NCBI GenBank assembly: GCA_947628135.1
Contig: CANQYT010000001.1
Location: forward strand, 65,285 to 129,284
DNA length: 64,000 bases
Source of the DNA: an uncultured Clostridia bacterium
Lineage (GTDB): Bacteria > Bacillota > Clostridia > Christensenellales > CAG-314
Direction: 5' to 3'
Shown here: one piece after another, positions 46,096 to 55,239 of the stretch
Layout: each line of letters starts with the position of its first letter
Numbering within the stretch: position 1 is the stretch's first letter
Made by a program: the position numbers and the translations under genes
The notes under the pieces: generated by a model
What the model saw: the letters and a program-made list of their open reading frames with translations, nothing else
Database searches by the model: none
Told to the model about the DNA's origin: nothing

Positions 46096-46344
46096 TCACT
46101 TGTTGTTGCAGCCCGTTCCGAGGGAAATTCCGCCCGTGCAGAACAGCAACGCCGTGAGCAGTATCAGGCAGCAGGGATTGACGTTGAGGCTGAAATTTTT
46201 GAGTTTTCCGCCGCAGCAGCACAGGAAAAGGATAATAAGCAATATCCAGGTGCAGTTGCAGCCGCCGAAATTCATTCCGCCTCCGCAGCCGCCTCCGCAG
46301 TTACCGTCACCGTAGCCGCCTTCATTGAACATTCCGTTGAACAT
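46096..46344 (-). CDS. Gly/Cys-rich small hydrophobic protein, YjcZ-like (sporulation-associated family), apparently a tandem double unit
   Basis: MFNGMFNEGGYGDGNCGGGCGGGMNFGGCNCTWILLIILFLCCCGG...NPCCLILLTALLFCTGG. A GGAGG RBS precedes this ATG. Confidence 0.55.
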   Translation of the reverse strand: MFNGMFNEGGYGDGNCGGGCGGGMNFGGCNCTWILLIILFLCCCGGKLKNFSLNVNPCCLILLTALLFCTGGISLGTGCNNK

Positions 46345-46482
46345 TTTTACCTCCATTGCCGAGTCGTCGGCTTTTGTATTTGACTAACTTAGTCTGTTTT
46401 ACAATATGGTTTGCGCAAAAAAAGTGTTACGGTCGGTTACGTTGTTTGACATTTGGAAAAATATGTTTTAAGATAGTCGGGT

Positions 46483-47829
46483 ATGAAGATACAACTGTCC
46501 GACAACTTCACCTACGGCAAGTTGCTGCGCTTTTGCACCGGTCCGATATTGATGATGGTGTTCACCTCCGTCTATTCGCTGGTGGACGGCATTTTCGTAT
46601 CCAATTTTGCGGGAGAGACCCCTTTCAAGGCGATAAATCTTATCTTCCCCGTGCTGATGATACTTGGCGCAATCGGATTTATGTTCGGCGCGGGCGGCAC
46701 TGCCGTGGTGTCCAAAACGTTGGGCGAGGGGGACAAAAATCGCGCTCATCAATATTTTACTCTCATCACCGCGGCAACGTTTGTGTCCGGCGCGTTGCTT
46801 GCCGCGGGCTTTTACTTTTTGCTGCGCCCCGTAGCCGTTCTGATAGGCGCAACGGGCGAAGTGTTGGAGGACGCGGTAACATATTCGCAGATACTGATGT
46901 GCGCAATGCCCTTTTTTATGCTGCAAAATCTTTTCCAAAGTTTTTTCATCGCGGCGGAAAAACCCAAGTTGGGTTTTGCGTTTACCTTGGTAAGCGGAGT
47001 TACCAACATCGTGTTCGACGCGGTGTTCATAGTGGGCTGCAAATTGGGAGTCGCGGGCGCGGCGATAGGTACTGCGCTGTCCCAATTCGTGGGCGGGATG
47101 CTGCCCGTTATCTATTTTCTGAGCAAAAACCGCAGTCTGCTGCGTTTCGTAAAGTTTCGCGTAAATTGGCGCGTGATAGGCAAGTCCTGCGTAAACGGTT
47201 CGTCGGAGTTGTTGGGCAACGTGGCGATGTCGCTCGTTTCCATAGCGTACAATTGGCAGTTGATACGTACCGTGGGCGACGCGGGAGTTGCGGCGTTCGG
47301 CGTGATAATGTACGTTCAGTTTGTGTTTGTGGCGATATTCATCGGCTACTGCCTCGGAGTCGCGCCGATAGTGGGCTACAATTTCGGCGCGCAAAACAGG
47401 GCAGAACTGCAAAACGTTTTCAAAAAATCTATGATAGTGATTGCCGTCGTAAGTCTCGTTATGACGGTGAGCGCGGAGGCGCTTGCAGACGTTGTCGCGA
47501 GGGTATTCGTAAGTTACGACGAGGCGCTGTTGCAGATGACTGCGCGAGGTATGCGGCTGTATTCCGTCTGTTTTTTGTTCAGCGGCTTTTGTATGTTCTG
47601 TTCCTCTTTCTTCACCGCGCTCAACAACGGCGTAATTTCGGCGGTGGTGTCCTTCGGCAGAACGTTGGTGTTTCAGACGGTGTGCATATTCGTATTGCCG
47701 CTGTGGTTGGGGTTGGACGGAATTTGGATAGCCACGCCCGTTGCGGAGTTCGTTTCCATTTTGCTTTGCGCGGTAATGTTTGCGGCAAACAATCGCCGCT
47801 ACGGATACGTTGCAATAAAAGCAAAATGA
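46483..47829 (+). CDS. MATE-family efflux transporter
   Basis: 448 aa with 12 TM segments and a typical N-terminal LLRFCTGPILMMVFTSVYSLVDGIFVSNF. Confidence 0.8.
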   Translation: MKIQLSDNFTYGKLLRFCTGPILMMVFTSVYSLVDGIFVSNFAGETPFKAINLIFPVLMILGAIGFMFGAGGTAVVSKTLGEGDKNRAHQYFTLITAATFVSGALLAAGFYFLLRPVAVLIGATGEVLEDAVTYSQILMCAMPFFMLQNLFQSFFIAAEKPKLGFAFTLVSGVTNIVFDAVFIVGCKLGVAGAAIGTALSQFVGGMLPVIYFLSKNRSLLRFVKFRVNWRVIGKSCVNGSSELLGNVAMSLVSIAYNWQLIRTVGDAGVAAFGVIMYVQFVFVAIFIGYCLGVAPIVGYNFGAQNRAELQNVFKKSMIVIAVVSLVMTVSAEALADVVARVFVSYDEALLQMTARGMRLYSVCFLFSGFCMFCSSFFTALNNGVISAVVSFGRTLVFQTVCIFVLPLWLGLDGIWIATPVAEFVSILLCAVMFAANNRRYGYVAIKAK

Positions 47830-47925
47830 TGATATAATAAGATATACGCCGCAGCCGCGAGGGGCGTATGCGCTTTTTGCGGCAAATGCGGCAGTAGGCG
47901 GCGGTGCGGTCGCACAAGGGAATTT

Positions 47926-48390
47926 ATGAGTTACTGTGTCGGTTTCGAACCAATATTCGACGCGCATAGCCGCGTGCTTGTGCTGGGCAGTTTTCCGTCC
48001 GTTCTGTCCCGCAGACAGGCGTTTTACTACGGCAATCCGCGCAACAGATTTTGGAGCGTGCTTGCCGAAGCGTTCGGCGAGGAATTTCCGCAAACGATAG
48101 CCGACAGGAAAAATCTTTGTCTCAACAACGGCGTCGCGCTGTGGGACATAGTCGCAGATTGCGAAATAGAGGGGTCTATGGATTCGGACATACGCAATTT
48201 GCGCACCGTGGATCTGCGCCGCATAACGGAACGCTGTCCCCTGCAAAAAATACTTTGCAACGGGCTTGTCGCGTACAAACTTACCGTGCAGACGTATACG
48301 GGCAGTCTACCCGTTGTGCGCTTGCCGTCCACCAGCCCCGCCAACGTGCGTTTCGACAAGGAAGCGTGGCTCAACGATCTGAAAGTATAA
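47926..48390 (+). CDS. Hypoxanthine-DNA glycosylase (UDG superfamily, DNA-deoxyinosine glycosylase)
   Basis: VLVLGSFPSVLSRRQAFYYGNPRNRFW and PSTSPAN motifs. Confidence 0.7.
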   Translation: MSYCVGFEPIFDAHSRVLVLGSFPSVLSRRQAFYYGNPRNRFWSVLAEAFGEEFPQTIADRKNLCLNNGVALWDIVADCEIEGSMDSDIRNLRTVDLRRITERCPLQKILCNGLVAYKLTVQTYTGSLPVVRLPSTSPANVRFDKEAWLNDLKV

Positions 48391-48403
48391 GGAGCAAACA
48401 AAT

Positions 48404-48994
48404 ATGGATACCGACATTGTAAAGAGGGAATTTACCGACGTTTATTTGTCCAACGTTCACCGCGAAGGCGCGGACAAACTGTTGGAATATCTTTCCAACA
48501 GCGATTTCTTCACCGCCCCCGCCTCGGCGCGGTTTCATCTTGCGGAAACGGGCGGACTGTGCAAGCACTCTCTCAACGTTTACTACCGTTTGAGAGCGTT
48601 GGCGCGCAACGAGTACGGCGACGACTACAACAAGGTGTACGGCGACGAAACGCTTGCCGTGTGCGGTCTGCTGCACGACGTATGCAAAGTAAATTACTAC
48701 GTCACGGAGATGCGCAATGTCAAAGAGGGCGGCGAGTGGGTCAAGAAGCCCTACTTCAAGGTGGAGGAACGCTTCCCCTACGGTCACGGCGAAAAGTCCG
48801 TATTCATCGTGTCGCAGTTCGTAAAACTCACCGCCGAAGAAGCCATCGCCATCAATTGGCATATGGGCGGTTTCGACGAGCGCGTCAAGGGCGGAAGTTA
48901 CGCTCTGTCGGAGGCGCTTGCCAAGTACAAGTTGGCGTTGCTGTTGCATATAGCCGACCTCCAAGCCACCTATCTCGACGAGGAACGCGGTTAG
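48404..48994 (+). CDS. HD-domain phosphohydrolase
   Basis: PASARFHLAETGGLCKHSL and GLLHDVCK (H...HD) motifs. Confidence 0.65.
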   Translation: MDTDIVKREFTDVYLSNVHREGADKLLEYLSNSDFFTAPASARFHLAETGGLCKHSLNVYYRLRALARNEYGDDYNKVYGDETLAVCGLLHDVCKVNYYVTEMRNVKEGGEWVKKPYFKVEERFPYGHGEKSVFIVSQFVKLTAEEAIAINWHMGGFDERVKGGSYALSEALAKYKLALLLHIADLQATYLDEERG

Positions 48995-49062
48995 ATTTTT
49001 TCCCACCCCATTCGCAATTTTTCCGAATGGGCGTCGAATTTTGCAAAAAGGAAAGTAAGTTT

Positions 49063-50283
49063 ATGAATGACAAATTGACGGAAAGATTTCTGAAATACGT
49101 GCGCATAGACACCGAGTCTGTTCCCGATTCGGAGCAATTTCCCAGCAGTGCCAAACAAAAAGTTCTGCTGAATATGCTTTGCGACGAATTGAACGCAATG
49201 GGCGTTTTTGCGCAGACGGACGACTACGGTTACGTTTACGCAAGCATACCCGCCAACGTAAAGAGCGGTTATTCGTTGGGATTCATCGCCCACGTCGACA
49301 CGTCCTGCGCGGTCAGCGGCAGCAACGTCAAGCCCATAGTAACGCGCAACTACGACGGCAAAGACATCGAACTTGCCGAGGGCAGAAAACTTTCTCCCAA
49401 GGAGTTTCCCGACCTGCTGCGCCACGTCGGGCAGACGGTTATCAGTTCCGACGGCACAACGCTGTTGGGCGCAGACGACAAAGCGGGCGTCGCCGTGATA
49501 ATGACTCTTGCGGAAACGCTTGTCTCCCACCCGGAAATACAGCACGGCGCAATACGTATCGCCTTTACCCACGACGAGGAGGTGGGGCGCGGCACGGATT
49601 TCTTCGACGTAAAGCGTTTCGGTGCGGACGGCGCGTACACCGTTGACGGCGGCGGCGCGGGCGAGTTGGAATACGAAAATTTCAACGCCGCTTCCGCCAA
49701 AGTGCGCGTGAGGGGAATGTCGGTGCACCCCGGTTCGGCTAAGGACGTAATGCTCAACGCCTTGTTGGTGCTTATGGAGTTGCAGTCGATGCTTCCCGCC
49801 GAGCAGAATCCGCGCTATACAAGCGGTTACGAAGGCTTTTACCACCTTGATGCAATGCAGGGCGGCTGCGACGAAGCGACGGCGGACTACATCATACGCG
49901 ATCACGACCGCGCCAAGTTCGAAGCGAAGAAAAAACTGTTTTGCGAAGCGGCGGATTTCCTCAACGCCAAGTACGGCGAGGGCGTGGTGACGGTGCGCAT
50001 AACGGACAGTTACTACAATATGAAGGAAAAGATACTTCCGCACATACATCTCGTGGAAAACGCCCGTCTGGCAATGGAGCAAGCGGGGGTTGCGCCCAAG
50101 ATAGTTCCGATACGCGGCGGCACAGACGGCGCGCGCCTCAGTTACGAGGGACTGCCCTGCCCCAATCTGTTTACGGGCGGTTACAACTGCCACGGCAGAT
50201 ACGAGTACGCCATCGCCGAAGAGATGCAAGCCTGCCTCGACGTGTTGCTCAACCTTGTGCGTATTTACGCACGGCACAGTTAA
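49063..50283 (+). CDS. pepT: Peptidase T (tripeptide aminopeptidase, M20B)
   Basis: RFLKYVRIDTES, FIAHVDT, LLGADDKAGVA and FTHDEEVGRG. Confidence 0.88.
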   Translation: MNDKLTERFLKYVRIDTESVPDSEQFPSSAKQKVLLNMLCDELNAMGVFAQTDDYGYVYASIPANVKSGYSLGFIAHVDTSCAVSGSNVKPIVTRNYDGKDIELAEGRKLSPKEFPDLLRHVGQTVISSDGTTLLGADDKAGVAVIMTLAETLVSHPEIQHGAIRIAFTHDEEVGRGTDFFDVKRFGADGAYTVDGGGAGELEYENFNAASAKVRVRGMSVHPGSAKDVMLNALLVLMELQSMLPAEQNPRYTSGYEGFYHLDAMQGGCDEATADYIIRDHDRAKFEAKKKLFCEAADFLNAKYGEGVVTVRITDSYYNMKEKILPHIHLVENARLAMEQAGVAPKIVPIRGGTDGARLSYEGLPCPNLFTGGYNCHGRYEYAIAEEMQACLDVLLNLVRIYARHS

Positions 50284-50390
50284 AAATTTCCGCAATAAAA
50301 AGTAGACCAACAAATTATTTCAGCGTAAAGCAATCAAATTTCAGCATACAGCCGTCCGCTTGGTAAATTTTTGCGGGCGGTTGTTTTTGC

Positions 50391-50424
50391 AAAAACCGAC
50401 TTCGCAACAAGGAAGTCGGTTTTG
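50391..50424. terminator. Bidirectional terminator
   Basis: AAAACCGACTTC / GAAGTCGGTTTT. Confidence 0.65.
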
Positions 50425-50493
50425 TAAATACTATCTATTTAGCCATCGATTGTGTGCGTCAAAGGCGAGCCGCGCCGCACTTTACATTTTTCT

Positions 50494-50549
50494 GCAAAAA
50501 TGCACCCCGCAAATCGTATCTTTAACGTTCGATTGTTTGGGGTGCATTT
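50494..50549 (-). terminator. Large-loop hairpin plus T-run downstream of the surface-protein gene
   Basis: AAATGCACCCC / GGGGTGCATTT 11-bp stem with a 30-nt loop. Confidence 0.4.
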
Positions 50550-50583
50550 CGTTTTGGAGGCAAGGTTTACTTGCGTTGCGTTA

Positions 50584-53500
50584 TCAGGACAGTACGGTAA
50601 GATTGTCGCAGTGCGCGTTTTCCTCCGAGTAAGCAACAAGTTGGCTTATTGACGCGTCGGTGTTGCGCACATTGTTGAACGTGTGTTTCATCGAGAAGAA
50701 ACTGCTGCTGTCGTCCTGCGTTCCGCCGAGGTTGGAAATGGTGCAGGAGCGCGCTTTGCTGTCGGTGACAGTGCCGCTGTTGTATCCCACAAGCGCTGCC
50801 GCATAGACGTTGGCAACTATTTCCATCTTACCTGCTTTGTACTTCACCTCGCCGAGAATAGCCTTGTTGGTGGTGCGTTCGATGTAAATATTTTGCGTGA
50901 CGGTAATTTTGACGTCGCCTACGGTGCATTTTTCCACCGTTCCGCTGTTTCTGCCAACCACTCCGCCGAAGGTCAAACTTGTCGCGGAAACGGCAGTTTC
51001 CTGTTTCCAGCCGCGCAGCAGGTAGAAAGTCCAATCGACGGACGCGGTGTTTTTGAATTCGTTGAGAAGCGTCACGTTTATCGTTGCGCTCACCGTGCAG
51101 TTGGAGATTATTCCCGTTGCGATATTTTCCGCAGCAACGCCGCCCATCGTCACGGAGCAGGAGTATGCGTTTTTGTCGAACGTGTCGGTGACGCGCGACG
51201 CGTTCACGTTGAATACCACCGAGCCGCTCACTGTACATTCCACTATCTTGCCCTTGTTCACAGCGGCGATCACGCCGAGCAAGATGTTGTCTGCGTTTGC
51301 AAAGGACAATGTGGCGTTTTCCACCGTGACGCCGACTATCTCGCCCTCGTTGCAGCCGAACAATCCACCGTCGGTGAGGTCGCTTACGGCAAGATTCTTT
51401 ATCTTGCGCCCGTTGCCGAACAACATTCCCGTAAAGGGATTTGCCGCATTGCCTATCGGAGTCCACTGCTGACCGAGCAAGTCGATGTCCGCCGTGAGCA
51501 TATAAATGCCTCCGAGGTTGTTGGCAATGGCTTTCAGCCCGTCAAGGTTGCTTATCTTTGTGATAGTATCCTCGTTTACTACGTATTGTCCGCACACCGC
51601 GCAACGCGCCGTGCCCTGCGTAACCGTGTGTCCCGTTGCGGGAACGGTCACGTCGGTAGTGTAGCCGCAATGGATGCAGGTGAGGTGGTCTCTGCCCTCG
51701 TTGGTGCAGTCGGGTTTGACGCTTTGATGTTCGTCTCTCGTAAACTCGTGCGGTTCAATCGTTTGCGGCTCTTCCAGCGTTTCGCCGCACACCGAACAGG
51801 TTACTTTTGCGGTACGTCCGGGAGTGCCGACGTACTCGCCGTTTTCGAATTTGCAGGTGGGTTCTACGCGCTCGTCTCCCGGTTTTATTTCCGGTTGATG
51901 TTGCAGCGCGGGTATTTCCTCCGTGAAGTCGGTTTGGCATACGTTGCAGTGGTAGACGATTTCGCCCGCTTTGCCGCATTCCGCTTCGCTCCTCGAAATC
52001 TGACTGCTCTTTTGGTGTCCCTTTGCGGGCGTAGGTTCTCCAATTTCGTGCAGGTACTCGCAACCCTCGTTTTTGCAGCGGTAGTAGGTGTGTCCCTCTT
52101 CCGTGCAGGTGGCAGGCACGATCTGCGGGTGGTCGTAGTCGTAATCGTGACCTGTCGGGGCAACGTAGTCGCTTATGAATATGCGGTCGCAGTCGCGGCA
52201 GGTGTACACCGTGTAGCCGAAGTCCGTGCAGGTGGGCTTGACGACCCTTGTTTCGTAGTCGTGACCGACGGTTTTTTCCCAACTGAGTATCGGGTCTTCG
52301 TTTACCGGTATTATCCAACCGCTTTCGTCCCAGTACAGTTCGCCTTGCAGGAAATCCGCCGTCCACAGCACGCTGTACGGCTGGGGCGTTCCGTTTGCCG
52401 CTCCGTTGCGGTAAACTCCGCCTGTTTGCACGGTAGCGCCTTGGAGGTAGTAACATTTGTAAATTGTTCCGTCGTGTTTTCCCACAAAGAAGTCCGCCGT
52501 ACCCGAATCTACGTAAACGTTGCCCGTGCTGTAACTCTTGGATATGTTTCCCGTAGAGGCGTTGTTGCCGATAAAGCCGCCCGCAGTGGCGTTTGCGCCG
52601 CCGCGTACTTCGCCTACGGCGTAACTGTCCTGCACCGTGGCGTTGTTTTGTCCGACAAGTCCGCCCGCCGTTGCGACGCCTATTATCTCGTCATTGTGTC
52701 GGGCTACCGCTACCACGTCCGCAGTGGAGTAGCAACTGCTTATAGCGGAGTTGGTATCGTTCACTCCCGCAAGACCGCCTACGGTACAGCTGTCTATGGA
52801 TTTGCCGTTAAGCAGACCGTTTGCGTAGCAGTAGGTGATTTGCCCGTTGTCGGTGTTTATTCCCACAAGCCCGCCGACGTATTCGTTTTGGGAGTCGACT
52901 CGCGCTCGCTCTCCGCCGTAAAAATGAGTTACGGACTTACTGTGGGTGAAATTGAAATTACTGTAACTTGACGTAAGCGTACCGCCGCTTTGTATGCCTA
53001 TCACTCCGCCGAAATAGAACCCGGTAGTTTGACGGTAGTACGTCCACGCGCCCCACCCCGTTGCGAGTATACTTCCGTCGGAATCCGATGTCATAGTTAT
53101 TTCGCCGTCGTAGTGGCAGTCGCTGACTTTGCCCTCGTTTCTGCCCACGATGCCGCCCGTGTAGAGGTTTGTGGAGTTGTAGGACGTTCCTCCGTAGTTT
53201 GAGCCTCCGCCGTATTTGACAGATGTCTCGCAACTGAGGTCCACCGTACAAGCGCAATCGCTGACAGTGCCTTTGTTCACGGCTGCGAAAACGCCGAATT
53301 GGAAAGGCTGCGAAGTACTCGCCATATTTATTTTGTATTGCATCGTTCCGGAGGCGAATGTACAGCCGCTGATTACGCCGTTGTTTGTTGCGGCAAACAC
53401 TCCGAAACGGGTTTCGGCGTTGTTATCGGAGGTGACGTTGTAAGTTGCGTCACGTATTTCCAGATCGCGTATTTCGCCGTCGTTGGTAACAAACATTGCG

Positions 53501-54384
53501 TAATTGTTGCCCGCCGCGCTGTCCGTTACGGAGAAATTGTAAATTCTGTGATTTTGTCCGTCCAGCACTCCGCTGAAATTTTCTATCGGCGTCCATTTCG
53601 CGCCTTGCAAGTTGATATTTGCCGTAAGATAGTAGTTTACGTCGGGTTTGTCTTTGATGGCAAACAATTGCTCGGCAGTGGCAACGGCGTAGTTTTCCAG
53701 CCAATGCGCGTAAACGTCTGTGTTGCCCGTAATTACGGTGTTTTCGTCGAACAGCTGAGTGCCGTCCTCGTTGTACCAACCGTTAAAGAGACGGTTTTCG
53801 GGAAGGATGCTCGGTTCGATAGATTCGAAATGATCGCCGTAAGTGTAATATTTGGTAGTGTCCGCGTTGTCTTGCGCGTGATAGACCACAGCGTACTGTT
53901 CCTTGTCGCCGCATCTGGAACATACGCCCTCTTGGTAATCGTGACCGAGTTTGGGAATAGTTTCGCTGCGTATGTAGTTTTGGCACACGCTGCACGTTCC
54001 GCTTGATGTGTAGCCGTCCTCGGTACAGGTCGGTTCTTTCCCTCCCCCGTTGTCGGATATTATCTGGTGAGGCAGTGTGGGCAGGACGACTTCATCGTAC
54101 GCGCCGCATCTGGAACATTCTCTGTAATCGCATCCCTCTGCGGTGCAGGATGGGTTTTCGTGATCTATTATTTTCCAAGCGTGCCCGAGTCGGGAAATGG
54201 TTTTCGTCTTTTGCTCTCCGCAGTAACATTTGAGAATGTCGTAGCCGTCCTCGGTACAGGTCGGATCTTGGTGTTCGCTCACTTCCCATTTGTGTTCGTG
54301 ATCGAACAAACAAGCGGAAAGAGTCAACAACATCGTTGCCGACAACGCCAATATCGTCAAAACAACAATCAGTTTGCGCTTCAT
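50584..54384 (-). CDS. Giant surface lipoprotein with repeated Cys/His-rich modules, a Listeria-Bacteroides repeat and GLUG-type repeats
   Basis: Lipobox LTLSAC. There are at least 10 modules of the type GH.W....P.CTE.GY....C..CG. NGWYNEDGTQLFDENTVITGNTDVYAHW. Recurrent GGLVG/GGIVG/GGLAG/GGVVG motifs. Confidence 0.75.
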   Translation of the reverse strand: MKRKLIVVLTILALSATMLLTLSACLFDHEHKWEVSEHQDPTCTEDGYDILKCYCGEQKTKTISRLGHAWKIIDHENPSCTAEGCDYRECSRCGAYDEVVLPTLPHQIISDNGGGKEPTCTEDGYTSSGTCSVCQNYIRSETIPKLGHDYQEGVCSRCGDKEQYAVVYHAQDNADTTKYYTYGDHFESIEPSILPENRLFNGWYNEDGTQLFDENTVITGNTDVYAHWLENYAVATAEQLFAIKDKPDVNYYLTANINLQGAKWTPIENFSGVLDGQNHRIYNFSVTDSAAGNNYAMFVTNDGEIRDLEIRDATYNVTSDNNAETRFGVFAATNNGVISGCTFASGTMQYKINMASTSQPFQFGVFAAVNKGTVSDCACTVDLSCETSVKYGGGSNYGGTSYNSTNLYTGGIVGRNEGKVSDCHYDGEITMTSDSDGSILATGWGAWTYYRQTTGFYFGGVIGIQSGGTLTSSYSNFNFTHSKSVTHFYGGERARVDSQNEYVGGLVGINTDNGQITYCYANGLLNGKSIDSCTVGGLAGVNDTNSAISSCYSTADVVAVARHNDEIIGVATAGGLVGQNNATVQDSYAVGEVRGGANATAGGFIGNNASTGNISKSYSTGNVYVDSGTADFFVGKHDGTIYKCYYLQGATVQTGGVYRNGAANGTPQPYSVLWTADFLQGELYWDESGWIIPVNEDPILSWEKTVGHDYETRVVKPTCTDFGYTVYTCRDCDRIFISDYVAPTGHDYDYDHPQIVPATCTEEGHTYYRCKNEGCEYLHEIGEPTPAKGHQKSSQISRSEAECGKAGEIVYHCNVCQTDFTEEIPALQHQPEIKPGDERVEPTCKFENGEYVGTPGRTAKVTCSVCGETLEEPQTIEPHEFTRDEHQSVKPDCTNEGRDHLTCIHCGYTTDVTVPATGHTVTQGTARCAVCGQYVVNEDTITKISNLDGLKAIANNLGGIYMLTADIDLLGQQWTPIGNAANPFTGMLFGNGRKIKNLAVSDLTDGGLFGCNEGEIVGVTVENATLSFANADNILLGVIAAVNKGKIVECTVSGSVVFNVNASRVTDTFDKNAYSCSVTMGGVAAENIATGIISNCTVSATINVTLLNEFKNTASVDWTFYLLRGWKQETAVSATSLTFGGVVGRNSGTVEKCTVGDVKITVTQNIYIERTTNKAILGEVKYKAGKMEIVANVYAAALVGYNSGTVTDSKARSCTISNLGGTQDDSSSFFSMKHTFNNVRNTDASISQLVAYSEENAHCDNLTVLS

Positions 54385-54595
54385 TTTGCCCTCCGAAAAT
54401 GTTATACTAATATATTATAGTCCCATAATTTACAAAAGTCAATAAAATTGTTTTCAAAACAGAGTCATTACGTATATATCGCGGACTGCCTGCGCGTTTG
54501 CGTGACAGCGGCGGTGCGCCTGCTCTCACAATCGGAAACAGGCGCACGGAATATCTACAAGCGCGTTCGCCCCGCGCCGTATCATTCCGTCTGCC

Positions 54596-54722
54596 TCCGA
54601 ATGAGAACAATTCGCACAGCACAACCGATTTCAAATATGCCCTGGTACAAAATCGATATTAAAATATTCGGTATAATTCACTGCGAAACCCGATTTTATA
54701 TGTGCGTTTGTACAAAATAAAA
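54596..54722 (+). repeat. Direct repeat unit 1 upstream of the surface-protein gene
   Basis: The core ACAGCACAAC.GATTTCAAATATGCCC..GTACAAAATC...TTCGGTATAATTCAC.GCGAAACCCGATTTTATAT.TGCGTTTGTAC is shared with 54881-55013. Confidence 0.8.
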
Positions 54723-54880
54723 CTTATAATTTTCGAATAATTACAACCGCAATTGCAAAATTGAGTTGTTTTTTGCTTGTTACGCGTCATATTGCCCCAT
54801 TTGCTCCGAAATGAGAATGATAATTACTTCCAAACTCAACTTGTTTTTGCTCTTTCCCTCCGCGTAACTCATCACTTACT

Positions 54881-55013
54881 TTGAGATGAAAATAATTCTT
54901 ACAGCACAACTCGATTTCAAATATGCCCTTGTACAAAATCAAACTTAAAACATTCGGTATAATTCACCGCGAAACCCGATTTTATATATGCGTTTGTACG
55001 AAAAAAAATAAAA
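54881..55013 (+). repeat. Direct repeat unit 2
   Basis: See unit 1. A third partial head (CTCCGAAATGAGAATGATAATTAC) lies at 54804-54830. Confidence 0.8.
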
Positions 55014-55149
55014 CGGTCAGTATAGTTAACAATTATAACTTCAACAAAATTGCAATTACCAAACACGCCCGTGCGCCAGACGTCCAGCAAAGTTGCCGCC
55101 GATTTTTGCAGAGGCGGTGCAGGGCGGAAAAAGTTTTCCCGTTTGAAAC

Positions 55150-55182
55150 GTAAAAGAGCGGTTCGACTTGCAAACCGCTCTT
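55150..55182 (-). terminator. Rho-independent terminator of fba
   Basis: AAGAGCGGTT / AACCGCTCTT 10-bp stem plus TTTT on the minus strand. Confidence 0.65.
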
Positions 55183-55239
55183 ATGTAAATTTCAATTGTT
55201 GCAATTTACGGTGTTTCGCCGCGCTCGCCGACGTTACGT

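Noticed and set aside
54637-54720. Paired small ORFs MPWYKIDIKIFGIIHCETRFYMCVCTK (54637-54720) and MPLYKIKLKTFGIIHRETRFYICVCTK... (54923-55153).
   Set aside because: 6 of the 7 codon differences between the copies are non-synonymous, the stop position is not conserved, and there is no Shine-Dalgarno sequence. They were treated as non-coding repeats (see finding).
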